The notes below the pieces were generated by a model. It searched no databases, had not been told where the DNA came from, and worked only from the letters and a program-made list of their open reading frames with translations. Below are positions 42,129-51,261 of a DNA stretch of 64,000 nucleotides, one piece after another (position 1 is the first letter of the stretch; each line of letters starts with the position of its first letter). The DNA is from Candidatus Omnitrophota bacterium. GTDB lineage: Bacteria; Acidobacteriota; Aminicenantia; UBA2199. The stretch lies in assembly GCA_050258455.1 (NCBI GenBank), contig JBLMYT010000061.1:41049-105048 (forward strand), written 5' to 3'. Position numbers and translations under genes: made by a program.

Positions 42129-43607
42129 TTAAAAACGAAACCAGTCGGAAACGATCTCTTTGCTGATACCCGGAAAGCGGTTATTTCGGTATTCGTTGGT
42201 GTGAGGCGAATACGTATAATCTCTTTCCCATTCCCTGGCATTGCCGATGATCTGTTGGATGGCATCAATAATATAATACAATTCATCATTGGACATGGTC
42301 GGATGAAGGGAAAGCCTGACCCATCCGGGTTTGGCAGAAAGGTCTCCCTGATCGATCAGGTCGGTAATGTGCTTGGATTGTTCGGGTGGAACATGGAGCA
42401 GGTAATGGCCATAGGTGCCGGCGCAGGCGCATCCGCCCCTGACCTGGATACCGAAGCGGTCGCTCAGCAGTTTAACCACCAGATTATAATGGAGATCCTC
42501 GATATAGAACGAAATGCACCCCAGTCGGTCTTCGACGTTATCGGCGAGGATATTGACTTTGGAAAGCTTTCGTAATTCGTGAAAGGCAATTTTGAGGAGC
42601 TCCTTTTCGCGCGCCTGAATATTGGGGACCCCCATTTTTTCTTTGAGTTCGATTGCAAACGCCGCTCGAATGGCCTGGAGAAAACCCGGCGTGCCGCCAT
42701 CTTCCCGAATTTCGATATCATCGATGTATTTGTATTGCCCCCAGGGATTGGTCCAATTGACCGTTCCTCCGCCCGGATCATCGGGGGCTTTTCGGTGATA
42801 GAGTGCGGAATCGAACACCAGTACGCCGGCAGACCCGGGACCTCCCAGAAATTTATGGGGAGAGAAAAAGATCGCATCCAGCTTTTCATTCGGGTCTTCC
42901 GGATGCATGTTGATATCGACATACGGGGCTGCGGCTGCAAAATCCACAAAGCAAAGACCATTTGCTTCATGCATGATTTTGGCCATTTGATGAAACGGCG
43001 TATGAATGCCGGTCACATTGGAGGCTGCCGTAAATGACCCGATCTTAAACTTCCGATTTCGGTACTGCTTCAGTCGGTCCCTCAATTGATCCAGATCGAT
43101 GAGTAAATCCTTATTGGGTTCCAGAGTGACCACGTCACAGATCGTTTCCAGCCATGAGGTATGGTTGGAATGATGCTCCATATGGGTAATAAATACCACC
43201 GGCTTTTCCAGACTGTTGATGCAGGAACTCCCCATCAGGCAACCGGAAATTTTCAATCCCAGTATGCGTTGAAACTTATTGATGACGCCGGTCATGCCCG
43301 TATCCTGCGTAATGATCACGTCTTTTGAACCGGCATTGACGTGATGTTTGATAAATTCGTGGGCATAGTGGTAGGCCTGGGTCATCCGGGTACCGGTTTC
43401 ACTGGTTTCCGTATGGGTATTGGCCACAAAAGGTCCGAATTGAGTCCTGATTTGATCTTCGATCGGCCCATACAAACGTCCGCTTGCAATCCAGTCGGCA
43501 TAGACGATGCGTTGCTTGCCATAGGGGGAGGTATAGAACGCGTTATTTCCGATGGTATTCTTCTTGAATGGTTCAAAAAAATTTTCGAAATCGCTTGCTT
43601 GTTCCAT
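42129..43607 (-). CDS. Class V aminotransferase-fold PLP-dependent enzyme (cysteine desulfurase/selenocysteine lyase-like)
   Basis: HHSNHTSW, FFSPHKFLGGPGSAGVLVF (PLP-Lys region), VRGGCACAGTYGHYLL. Confidence 0.75.
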   Translation of the reverse strand: MEQASDFENFFEPFKKNTIGNNAFYTSPYGKQRIVYADWIASGRLYGPIEDQIRTQFGPFVANTHTETSETGTRMTQAYHYAHEFIKHHVNAGSKDVIITQDTGMTGVINKFQRILGLKISGCLMGSSCINSLEKPVVFITHMEHHSNHTSWLETICDVVTLEPNKDLLIDLDQLRDRLKQYRNRKFKIGSFTAASNVTGIHTPFHQMAKIMHEANGLCFVDFAAAAPYVDINMHPEDPNEKLDAIFFSPHKFLGGPGSAGVLVFDSALYHRKAPDDPGGGTVNWTNPWGQYKYIDDIEIREDGGTPGFLQAIRAAFAIELKEKMGVPNIQAREKELLKIAFHELRKLSKVNILADNVEDRLGCISFYIEDLHYNLVVKLLSDRFGIQVRGGCACAGTYGHYLLHVPPEQSKHITDLIDQGDLSAKPGWVRLSLHPTMSNDELYYIIDAIQQIIGNAREWERDYTYSPHTNEYRNNRFPGISKEIVSDWFRF

Positions 43608-43663
43608 AAAAATATTATACCATCTATTGGAAAAAAATAAAATAATAAGGAGGAAAAAACACG

Positions 43664-43954
43664 ATGGAACCAGAAGGGCAAAAAAAAACCAGAAAAGAAG
43701 AATTTAAATTATCGGGGGGTGAAATTGTCGACAAGATCAAGCAATTGATCCACGAGGGGAACATTCGGCGGATAATTATCAAAAATGAAGAAGGAAAAAC
43801 CTTGATGGAAATCCCTCTGACCTGGGGATTGGTCGGTGCGGCCCTGGCGCCTCTGCTGGCGGCAATCGGAGCCATGGCCGCCTTATTGGCCAACTTAACG
43901 CTGGTGGTTGAAAAAGAAGAGGACGACGAAACTCCGGGGAACCCGAAATATTAA
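43664..43954 (+). CDS. DUF4342-family small membrane-associated protein
   Basis: EEFKLSGGEIVDKIKQLIHEGNIRRIIIKNEEGKTLMEIPLTWGLVGAALAPLLAAIGA. Confidence 0.65.
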   Translation: MEPEGQKKTRKEEFKLSGGEIVDKIKQLIHEGNIRRIIIKNEEGKTLMEIPLTWGLVGAALAPLLAAIGAMAALLANLTLVVEKEEDDETPGNPKY

Positions 43955-44394
43955 TCGACCCAATCGATGAAGTGGCGGTGCAACTGAAAGGGGTTGATCC
44001 CCTTTTTCGAAATCGCCTTTCCCTTGATGGAGTGTCCGGATTGATGGACCAGATCCGGGTTTCCCGAAACCAGGGGATGCCACCAGGGAAGGTCTTTACC
44101 TTCCCCGAGCAAGCGGTAGGCGCAGGTTTTCGGAAGCCAGTCAAACATTTTGACCCGGTCGGGGGTCAGGACCTTGCAGGTTGAAACGATTTTCCCTCGG
44201 CCCTCATAGTGAGTGCAACGGCAGGTTTGGGGATCCAGGAGATGGCAACACGCGTCGGTGTATCGGACCGCACCGGTGTCCTTATCTTCGATCTTGAATA
44301 AACAGCATTTGCCGCACCCGGCACATATCGATTCCCATTCGTCCCGGGTCATGCGGTTAAGGGGTTTTTGTTTCCAAAAGGGTGGGGGGGCCAT
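43951..44394 (-). CDS. ycgN: UPF0260/YcgN-family cysteine-cluster protein
   Basis: CAGCGKCCLFKIED..YTDACCHLLD..CRCTHYE..WLPKTCAYRLL..LPWWHPLVSG. Confidence 0.8.
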   Translation of the reverse strand: MAPPPFWKQKPLNRMTRDEWESICAGCGKCCLFKIEDKDTGAVRYTDACCHLLDPQTCRCTHYEGRGKIVSTCKVLTPDRVKMFDWLPKTCAYRLLGEGKDLPWWHPLVSGNPDLVHQSGHSIKGKAISKKGINPFQLHRHFIDWVD

Positions 44395-44409
44395 GATGCG
44401 GTGAGAAAC

Positions 44410-45792
44410 TTATGCCCGGGTTCCGCCGGGAATCCAATCGATGGAAACGACGTCAAGCTGGCCATTTTCCATAACATTGACGGCGCTTTCGGTTAAATCC
44501 CGATCGATATCCCCACCAATGAGGATGCATTGGTCGATCGTCACGTTGCGGCGAATGCGATGGCGGTCACTGGTTGTTCGTTCCGACGCACGAATCTCTC
44601 TTCCCTGACGGTTGGTATTTTCGGTAAAATAGGAATAGCGTTTCCATAATACCGAATGCCGAATGTGGGCGTTGGCGTCAATGGTCCAATCATCACCGAT
44701 TACGGCATAGGGGCCCAGAGTGACGCCCGGGGCAATCGTGCAGTGATTTCCCATGACGACCGGGGGGATGATCCTGACCGTCGAGAAATCAATGGCCACA
44801 TGGGTTCCCACGTATCCCCAGGGACATTTCTCGTACGGTAACTCCAGTGGAATGTCCCCATCCAGAAAGGATTGATTGACACTCAAATAATCGCGTTTTC
44901 GTCCCACATCAAACCATAGCCCATCGTATTGAATGCCCCATAACACATAATCGCTAGGTAAGGAGAGATAGCTTAAATTTCCGAGCATGGCGGGGAAAAC
45001 ATGTTTTCCGAAATCATAGAACGGTTCGTTAAGCGATGGATCGGCCGCTGTGCGGAGCGGGTCCAGTGCCTTTAATAGATCCATCTCAATCATGTAAATC
45101 GAGGCATTGTTCAGGTTGCTGGGGGATTGGGGATCTTTTTCTCTGAATTTGACGATTCGCCCCGACCGGGAAATTTCGCCGGTTAAAACCTCGGGGGACT
45201 CCAGTTCCACGGTTCCGAACTCTCCCCGCTGGTCCCAGGGGACCGGACTTAAGACCATGGTTAAGGCGGCTCCCTTTTTTTTGTGGATGTCATACATCTC
45301 TTCCAATAAGGCTGAACCGAAATTACTGATAATATCCCCGCTGGGCGCAATAATGGTTGTCCCCTGAAAGGGGGGAATGGCAAGGGGGGGTTCCGTTGCG
45401 TATACGGGTTTGGCCCGATTTCCGAGGGCTTGCTTGCATACCCCTCCCAGTGTCCCGGAGGGTACATCTTCTTCTACATACTTAATATGGGCGCCGAATT
45501 TGGTCCCGTCCTGAAAATGGTTTTTTATCGTATTGCCGAGCACGCACAGGTTCATCGATATATCCGTGATACCGGCCTCAACGCCCCGGCGTACCCACAT
45601 CTCGGTCATGGGAACGCATCCCCCCAGGGGAAACATCGGCTTGGGGAGATAATGGGTCGTGAGAGGATCCATCCGTTTCCCCAGACCCGCTGCCAATATG
45701 GCCAGTTTAATTTGATTGTTAACCCCGCGTTGATAAGTCCAACTCCTGGTTACATCATTGGATTCAATTAATTCTATTGTCTCACTCGTCAT
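44410..45792 (-). CDS. Sugar-phosphate nucleotidyltransferase with C-terminal left-handed beta-helix
   Basis: LAILAAGLGKRMDPLTTHYLPKPMFPLGG N-terminal NTP-transferase motif. C-terminal hexapeptide-like repeats. Confidence 0.75.
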   Translation of the reverse strand: MTSETIELIESNDVTRSWTYQRGVNNQIKLAILAAGLGKRMDPLTTHYLPKPMFPLGGCVPMTEMWVRRGVEAGITDISMNLCVLGNTIKNHFQDGTKFGAHIKYVEEDVPSGTLGGVCKQALGNRAKPVYATEPPLAIPPFQGTTIIAPSGDIISNFGSALLEEMYDIHKKKGAALTMVLSPVPWDQRGEFGTVELESPEVLTGEISRSGRIVKFREKDPQSPSNLNNASIYMIEMDLLKALDPLRTAADPSLNEPFYDFGKHVFPAMLGNLSYLSLPSDYVLWGIQYDGLWFDVGRKRDYLSVNQSFLDGDIPLELPYEKCPWGYVGTHVAIDFSTVRIIPPVVMGNHCTIAPGVTLGPYAVIGDDWTIDANAHIRHSVLWKRYSYFTENTNRQGREIRASERTTSDRHRIRRNVTIDQCILIGGDIDRDLTESAVNVMENGQLDVVSIDWIPGGTRA

Positions 45793-45855
45793 CCTGATCC
45801 TTATTGAAATTCGTATGGAAGCGATATTTTAAATGAAATGGATACCGGTGTCAAG

Positions 45856-45884
45856 TTGACAATTAGCGGGTAAGATAATATACT
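45856..45884 (+). promoter_or_regulatory. Consensus-like sigma-70 promoter upstream of folE
   Basis: TTGACA (45856-45861), 17 nt, TATACT (45879-45884). Confidence 0.6.
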
Positions 45885-45887
45885 AAA

Positions 45888-46490
45888 ATGACAGCAATGA
45901 AAAAGGAGTTGACGGTTCAAATGGATTTAAAAAAAATAGAAGAAGGCGTCAAGTTGATATTGGAAGGCGTGGGAGAAGATCCCGACTCGCTCCGATTGAA
46001 ACGCACGCCCGAACGCGTGGCCGAAATGTACGGTGAAGTCTTGTCTGGAACCAACCGCAATCCCGATGATTTTCTCAAGGCGCTGACCGAAGAAAAGCAC
46101 GAAGAAATGGTGATATTGAAAGACATTCCCCTTTACTCGATGTGTGAACATCACATGCTTCCGTTTTCCGGTACGGCCAGCATCGCGTATATTCCGAAAA
46201 ACGGAAAGATCATGGGATTTAATACCGTGGCCCTGCTGGTGGACGTACTGGCCAAGCGCCTCCAGATCCAGGAACGATTAACCAAACAAATTGCCGACCA
46301 CCTGGTCAAAGTCTTAACCCCGATGGGCGTCATGGTGGTCATCAAAGCCGAACATTTATGCATGTGCATGCGCGGTGCCCGAAAACCCGGGGCGCAGACC
46401 ATCACCTCTGCGGTTCGCGGCATTTTCAGAGACAAAATGGCCACACGCGAAGAGGCCATGTCGCTCATCATGATCAAAGAAAAATATTAA
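45888..46490 (+). CDS. folE: GTP cyclohydrolase I (FolE)
   Basis: TPERVAEMYGE, SMCEHHMLPF, HLCMCMRGA. The -10 box ends 3 nt before the ORF-track ATG, so the real start is probably downstream: the ATG at 45897, or at 45921 (MDLKK, preceded by AAGGAG). Confidence 0.9.
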   Translation: MTAMKKELTVQMDLKKIEEGVKLILEGVGEDPDSLRLKRTPERVAEMYGEVLSGTNRNPDDFLKALTEEKHEEMVILKDIPLYSMCEHHMLPFSGTASIAYIPKNGKIMGFNTVALLVDVLAKRLQIQERLTKQIADHLVKVLTPMGVMVVIKAEHLCMCMRGARKPGAQTITSAVRGIFRDKMATREEAMSLIMIKEKY

Positions 46491-46640
46491 ACATGTCTTT
46501 TCACTTGAAATTTCACATTAAATATTATATATTTAACACATGCAACTACATTTCTCGAATAAGTATGCGGGTGTCCAGTATTTGACAAAAAAAACGTTCT
46601 ATAATATCATAAATAATCTAATGACAAAGGAGACATTTTA

Positions 46641-47186
46641 ATGAAAAGATTTTATGTTATTTTGTTAGCTGTCGTGTTGATGATCACATTCTCGACCTCT
46701 TGCAAAAAGGAAATCAAAACCGAACCCAAAATAAAAGAAGAGCCCAAAAAAGTGGAGAAAGTTGAAGAAGTTCAACCCCAAATCGAAAAACCTCAGCCCA
46801 CCGAAGAAGATATTTTCAGACAAAGCACCCTTGAAGAACTGAACAATAAAGGTTATTTAAAGCGAATCAACTTCGACTTCGATAAATATGATATTAGAGA
46901 GGATATGAAGCCCGTCCTGGAACAAAATGCCCAGTGGTTGCTCAAGCACCCGACCGTGATGGTCATCATCGGTGGCCATTGCGATGAGCGCGGAACCGAA
47001 GAATACAACATGGCGCTGGGTGAAAAAAGAGCGGATGCAATGAAAAAATATTTGGTATCCCTCGGCGTCCCTGCCGATCGGTTAAACGTGGTCTCGTATG
47101 GGAAATCCATGCCTCTGGTCAAAGGGAACGACGAAGAAAGCTTCTTCCTTAACCGAAGAGCCGAGCCCCTGATTTCCAAAAAATAA
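46641..47186 (+). CDS. pal: Peptidoglycan-associated lipoprotein Pal (OmpA-like)
   Basis: Lipobox FSTSC. FDFDKYDIR..IGGHCDERGTEEYNMALGEKRA. Confidence 0.9.
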   Translation: MKRFYVILLAVVLMITFSTSCKKEIKTEPKIKEEPKKVEKVEEVQPQIEKPQPTEEDIFRQSTLEELNNKGYLKRINFDFDKYDIREDMKPVLEQNAQWLLKHPTVMVIIGGHCDERGTEEYNMALGEKRADAMKKYLVSLGVPADRLNVVSYGKSMPLVKGNDEESFFLNRRAEPLISKK

Positions 47187-47251
47187 CCGAAATAACAAAT
47201 AACAATGCATTTTAAACATTATACATATATAATGGAAGGATACAGACGTAA

Positions 47252-48028
47252 ATGAAAGGATCGATTATTCTTTTTCTGGCATTCATCTTATTGACTGCGT
47301 TCCCCACTTTTGCTAAAAAGGACACAGAGATATTGGAGCGAGTCACGCAACTGGCCGAAGATGTCCGGGATCTTAATGATAAAGTCAATAGTATTGCCAC
47401 CCAGACCGGAGCCATGGCCAAGATTCTTTCGGCCCTTGACGAAAAAGTCAGTGCCATTACCCGGAATCAGGCCGATGGGAATGAAAACAAGGAAAAGCTG
47501 ATGGTAAGCCTTCAATTCATCAAAGAAGAATTAAATGAATTGAAAAACAGTGTCAACAAAATCAATGATAAACTCGTTTCCATTCCTTCGGGGGCCGGCC
47601 CCATCTCGGATAAAACGGCTTCGACCGCCGACCCGCAGCCAGTTCCCCAGGTGAATCAGGAAACGGCTTATTACGCTGCCTATTCGGATTACATCAAAAA
47701 GAACTACCCATTGGCAATCGAAGGGTTTAAACAATTTATCAAGGCCTATCCCAGACACGATCTTGCCGATAACGCCCTGTACTGGATCGGGGAATGTTAT
47801 TACTCTCAAAAATCATACAAAGAGGCGGTAAGTGCGTTTTCGGAACTGATTACCAGTTTCCCGGAAGGCGACAAATTATCCGATGCGTTATTAAAAAAAG
47901 GGTATGCCCTTCTGGAAATGGGGAAACAGCCGGATGGAATCGCGACGTTAAAAGAGTTAATTTCCCGGTTTCCCCTCTCGGAAGAGGCTTCCCTGGCGCA
48001 GCAAAAAATTAAAGAGGTTACAGAATAA
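47252..48028 (+). CDS. cpoB: Tol-Pal system protein YbgF/CpoB (coiled coil + TPR)
   Basis: Signal peptide and coiled-coil N-terminus. AYYAAYSDYIKKNY..YPRHDLADNALYWIGECYYSQKSY TPR region. Position directly after pal. Confidence 0.85.
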   Translation: MKGSIILFLAFILLTAFPTFAKKDTEILERVTQLAEDVRDLNDKVNSIATQTGAMAKILSALDEKVSAITRNQADGNENKEKLMVSLQFIKEELNELKNSVNKINDKLVSIPSGAGPISDKTASTADPQPVPQVNQETAYYAAYSDYIKKNYPLAIEGFKQFIKAYPRHDLADNALYWIGECYYSQKSYKEAVSAFSELITSFPEGDKLSDALLKKGYALLEMGKQPDGIATLKELISRFPLSEEASLAQQKIKEVTE

Positions 48029-48030
48029 AT

Positions 48031-48540
48031 ATGGCAAATAAACGAAGTTTAAATCGCGTGATTTTAATCGGCACCGTTGGCCGAGACCCTGAAATCACGC
48101 ATATCCCCAGTATCGATCGAGACGTGGCAAAATTTAGCCTGGCAACAACCGAAGTGTGGATGGATAAAAATTCGAACCAATTTCAGGAATCCACGGAGTG
48201 GCACAACATCGTCGCCTGGGGACCCACAGCTAAAAAAATTGAACGGGGCGTCAGCAAAGGCACTCTGGTGCTGGTGGAGGGTAAACTCAAAACCCGAAAG
48301 TGGAAAGATCAAAACGATCAGGAAAGACGGACAACCGATATTCAAGCCGACTCAGTGGTCGTGCTGGAAAAATCGGCCAGAGAACGGGAAGCCTCTTCCT
48401 ATGGGAAAAACAGCGGCTCGGGCGGGTATAGCAAAGAATCGCACGATTATTCCTACCCCAATTCAGGCTCCCAGGTTCCTCCCGAAATGCAATACGACGA
48501 TATCAACGATATCCCTTACGACAATGGCGATCCCTTTTAG
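48031..48540 (+). CDS. ssb: Single-stranded DNA-binding protein
   Basis: LNRVILIGTVGRDPE OB-fold start, WHNIVAWG, Gly/Ser-rich tail ending DIPYDNGDPF. Confidence 0.9.
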   Translation: MANKRSLNRVILIGTVGRDPEITHIPSIDRDVAKFSLATTEVWMDKNSNQFQESTEWHNIVAWGPTAKKIERGVSKGTLVLVEGKLKTRKWKDQNDQERRTTDIQADSVVVLEKSAREREASSYGKNSGSGGYSKESHDYSYPNSGSQVPPEMQYDDINDIPYDNGDPF

Positions 48541-48562
48541 TTTAACAGCGATAAACTAGCAG

Positions 48563-49804
48563 ATGGCATTTATAAATTATAACAATAAAGAGATTACAGT
48601 TAAAATCGTTTACTATGGGCCTGCATTGAGTGGGAAGACCACCTGCCTCCGATATATTTACGAAGGCGGGGAATTTCGCAAAAAGGGGAAATTGATCACC
48701 CTGGATACGGAAGGAGATCGCACGCTGTTCTTCGATTTTCTTCCCATCGAAGTCGGGAAACTCGGGGATTATTCAATTAAAATGCAACTCTACACCGTTC
48801 CGGGACAGGTCGCCTATAATACCACCCGGAAATTGGTCCTTCAAGGCTCGGACGGCATTGTGTTCGTCGCCGAGTCCCAGGCCGTGATGCGGGAACAGAA
48901 CATCGACAGTTTTAAAAACCTCAAGGAAAATCTCAAGGCCAATAATATCTCCTTTGAAGAAATCCCTCTGATCTTTCAATACAACAAACGGGATCTGAGA
49001 GAAATTTTGCCGATCGACGCACTCAATAAGGATTTAAACCCTGATAACAAAGCCTTCTTTCCATCCGTGGGAACGACCGGTGAAAATATCCTCGAGGCCC
49101 TTCATGCGATTATGAAAAAGGTCATTTTCCATTTGAAAAACAAACTGTCGATTTTTCAAAAGGATAAGACCGTCATGTTTTCCCGCGAGGAAATGCTGGA
49201 TGCGGCCCAGGCCATTCCCCCGAAGAAAAACGAACCGGTAATCCCTCCTGTTATACCCACTATACCGACTGTACCTGCTGTACCGACTCCACCTAACCCA
49301 AAACTCAAACCGAACCATCCCGTTGAATTCGAGGATACGGAAAAAGAAGATATTTTCGAATTATCGTCTTCTCTGGCTGAGGAACCACTCAAAACCGTCA
49401 ATTATAAAAAACAGGAAGAAGAGGATATTTTCAATCTTGCCGATGAAAACCGGGTGGAAACCGGAGAGCTGAATCTGGAAATTCCGGAAATGGTATTGAC
49501 CGACGAAGAGCTAACGGATAAAAAGGATACCAATGAGGCCGACCTCTCCAAACTGAAAAATTTGAAAGATGAACCGGTACAAGACATTTCCGAACCCGAA
49601 CCCGGCCCTCTGGAGGTGGAATCCTGGGACGACGCGCCGGTGTCTCCGGTTGGCCCCCCTGTTTTCGCCGATGAAAAACTCCCTGCCCGATTCGCGGATA
49701 CCACGGTGAGTGTCCCGATTCATATCGAAATTCCTGAAGATAAAAGCGAAGTCCAAATCAATTTGAATCTTCATATTATCATTAAGAAAAATACCCAAGA
49801 ATGA
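48563..49804 (+). CDS. MglA-like Ras-superfamily GTPase with ~215-aa acidic/Pro-rich C-terminal extension
   Basis: KIVYYGPALSGKTT (P-loop), TVPGQ (MglA-type G3 with Thr in place of Asp), QYNKRD (G4). The tail is rich in P, E, D and T. Confidence 0.8.
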   Translation: MAFINYNNKEITVKIVYYGPALSGKTTCLRYIYEGGEFRKKGKLITLDTEGDRTLFFDFLPIEVGKLGDYSIKMQLYTVPGQVAYNTTRKLVLQGSDGIVFVAESQAVMREQNIDSFKNLKENLKANNISFEEIPLIFQYNKRDLREILPIDALNKDLNPDNKAFFPSVGTTGENILEALHAIMKKVIFHLKNKLSIFQKDKTVMFSREEMLDAAQAIPPKKNEPVIPPVIPTIPTVPAVPTPPNPKLKPNHPVEFEDTEKEDIFELSSSLAEEPLKTVNYKKQEEEDIFNLADENRVETGELNLEIPEMVLTDEELTDKKDTNEADLSKLKNLKDEPVQDISEPEPGPLEVESWDDAPVSPVGPPVFADEKLPARFADTTVSVPIHIEIPEDKSEVQINLNLHIIIKKNTQE

Positions 49805-51261
49805 ATAATAAAGCATTCTTTGCCTACTTGTATCTCTTTTTACTTATTTTTTTTATTGCCTGCGGAAGTTGGGGGTATGGCCAGGGGATGGATGAGTTGG
49901 CGGATAAAACCGCCCGTTCGATCCTGGATTATTTTACCGATAAATACAACATCAAAACCTCCATCACCAGTTTTGAGAATTTCTCCGGGATTTCGGATCA
50001 GGCCGCTCAAAAATTTTATCAACTGCTGGTTTCCAAGCTGGAAACCGCAACCATGCCCGAAGACGCATCGGATAAAAGAATCGAATACACGGATTTAATG
50101 ATCAACTACAGCCAGAATAGGGGCGAATTCAATTTGAACCGAATCGCTCCCCTCAACCATTTAATTTATATCCGGCTTATCCGTAATAAAAATTATATGG
50201 GGGCAGGGATCTCGATTTTTTCCAGGACCCAGGACCGCGTGGTCTATGTCAAGTATGTGGAATCCGAATTTGTCCCGGCCGAAGAGGACATTCTGGATAT
50301 TGGTCGCTTCAATTTTAAAGGCACGGGGTTTTCCAAAGTCATCGAATTGGAGGCCCGTGGCGATCTGCTCGATGTTCGCTCCCTCTTAAACCCCGAAGGC
50401 ATCCTATCCGTTTTTTTTTATTACCCGGAACGAATCGAAATCTATAAACTTCAAGATAGCCGGCTGATCAAGTCGTTTACGTACAAGATCGATTGGAAAC
50501 AACCCCTTTATCCGACCATGCAGCCCGAGGGCCGACTCTGTGTCTTTACGGAAGGGAAGAACCTGTATGTCGGTGTAGGGAGTAATTTTTCAACCCATTC
50601 GAAACTCCTGACCTGTAACGATTTCAAATGGGAAGACGCAACAGCCGTTGATCTTAATTTTGTTCCTTTTCGATACATTCGGCTGAATGGCACCTCGTAC
50701 CTTGCCGGTGCCCGCTATGCCCTGGGCCGAAATTATTTTGAAAACAAATTGGTTCTGGCCCCTTTTTCCTCCGGCCAACCGACCACCGCCCCAAACGCCC
50801 CATCCCCGGATATTCTTGAAAAACAAGTGCCGCCCTTTTATGCCCTGGATTTTGCAACCGGGGATCATGCCCCGGCGTTAAATTCGATTCACGGCATTGA
50901 TCGGGATTACAAATACCGCTTTTTGGGTGATAATTTCGAACAACTGGCCGTGGAAAAAGAGCCGCGCGGCGCCGCGCTTTGCTCCCTGAATGGTCAGTGG
51001 ATGGCGATCAGCGATTTTTCGCACGATAATCATGATAGCATTGATAAACTGTACTTCTACAAAATCGAAAACGGCAGCCGGCGTCTCGTATTTGAACAAC
51101 AATCGGATCATGAAATCCTCTTTATTTCCGATGGGGTATGGAACGGTGTGGGGGGATTTTGGGTGTACGTCAAGCGTCAGCCGGAAAAAAACACGGAGAA
51201 TGGAGAAACCAAACCTTACACGGAATATAAACTGCAGTTTTGGAGTAAACAGAGTGAGTAG
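49801..51261 (+). CDS. Hypothetical lipoprotein/exported protein
   Basis: N-terminal hydrophobic segment ending FIAC (lipobox-like). 4-nt overlap with the upstream GTPase gene. No recognisable domain. Confidence 0.6.
   Translation: MNNKAFFAYLYLFLLIFFIACGSWGYGQGMDELADKTARSILDYFTDKYNIKTSITSFENFSGISDQAAQKFYQLLVSKLETATMPEDASDKRIEYTDLMINYSQNRGEFNLNRIAPLNHLIYIRLIRNKNYMGAGISIFSRTQDRVVYVKYVESEFVPAEEDILDIGRFNFKGTGFSKVIELEARGDLLDVRSLLNPEGILSVFFYYPERIEIYKLQDSRLIKSFTYKIDWKQPLYPTMQPEGRLCVFTEGKNLYVGVGSNFSTHSKLLTCNDFKWEDATAVDLNFVPFRYIRLNGTSYLAGARYALGRNYFENKLVLAPFSSGQPTTAPNAPSPDILEKQVPPFYALDFATGDHAPALNSIHGIDRDYKYRFLGDNFEQLAVEKEPRGAALCSLNGQWMAISDFSHDNHDSIDKLYFYKIENGSRRLVFEQQSDHEILFISDGVWNGVGGFWVYVKRQPEKNTENGETKPYTEYKLQFWSKQSE

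Noticed and set aside
42006-42575. 189-aa + strand ORF spanning the kinase/aminotransferase junction. Similar shadow ORFs: 31716-32261 (-), 33082-33615 (-), 35009-35503 (-), 55519-56049 (+), 59230-59862 (+), 57241-57804 (+)
   Set aside because: Each overlaps, on the opposite strand, a gene with clear family motifs. They have low-complexity or Arg-rich translations typical of antisense frames.
46582-46605. TTGACA...TATAAT upstream of pal
   Set aside because: The spacer between the two hexamers is only 12 nt. An alternative TATCAT at 46605-46610 gives 17 nt but is a weaker -10 box. This is not confident enough to list as a feature.
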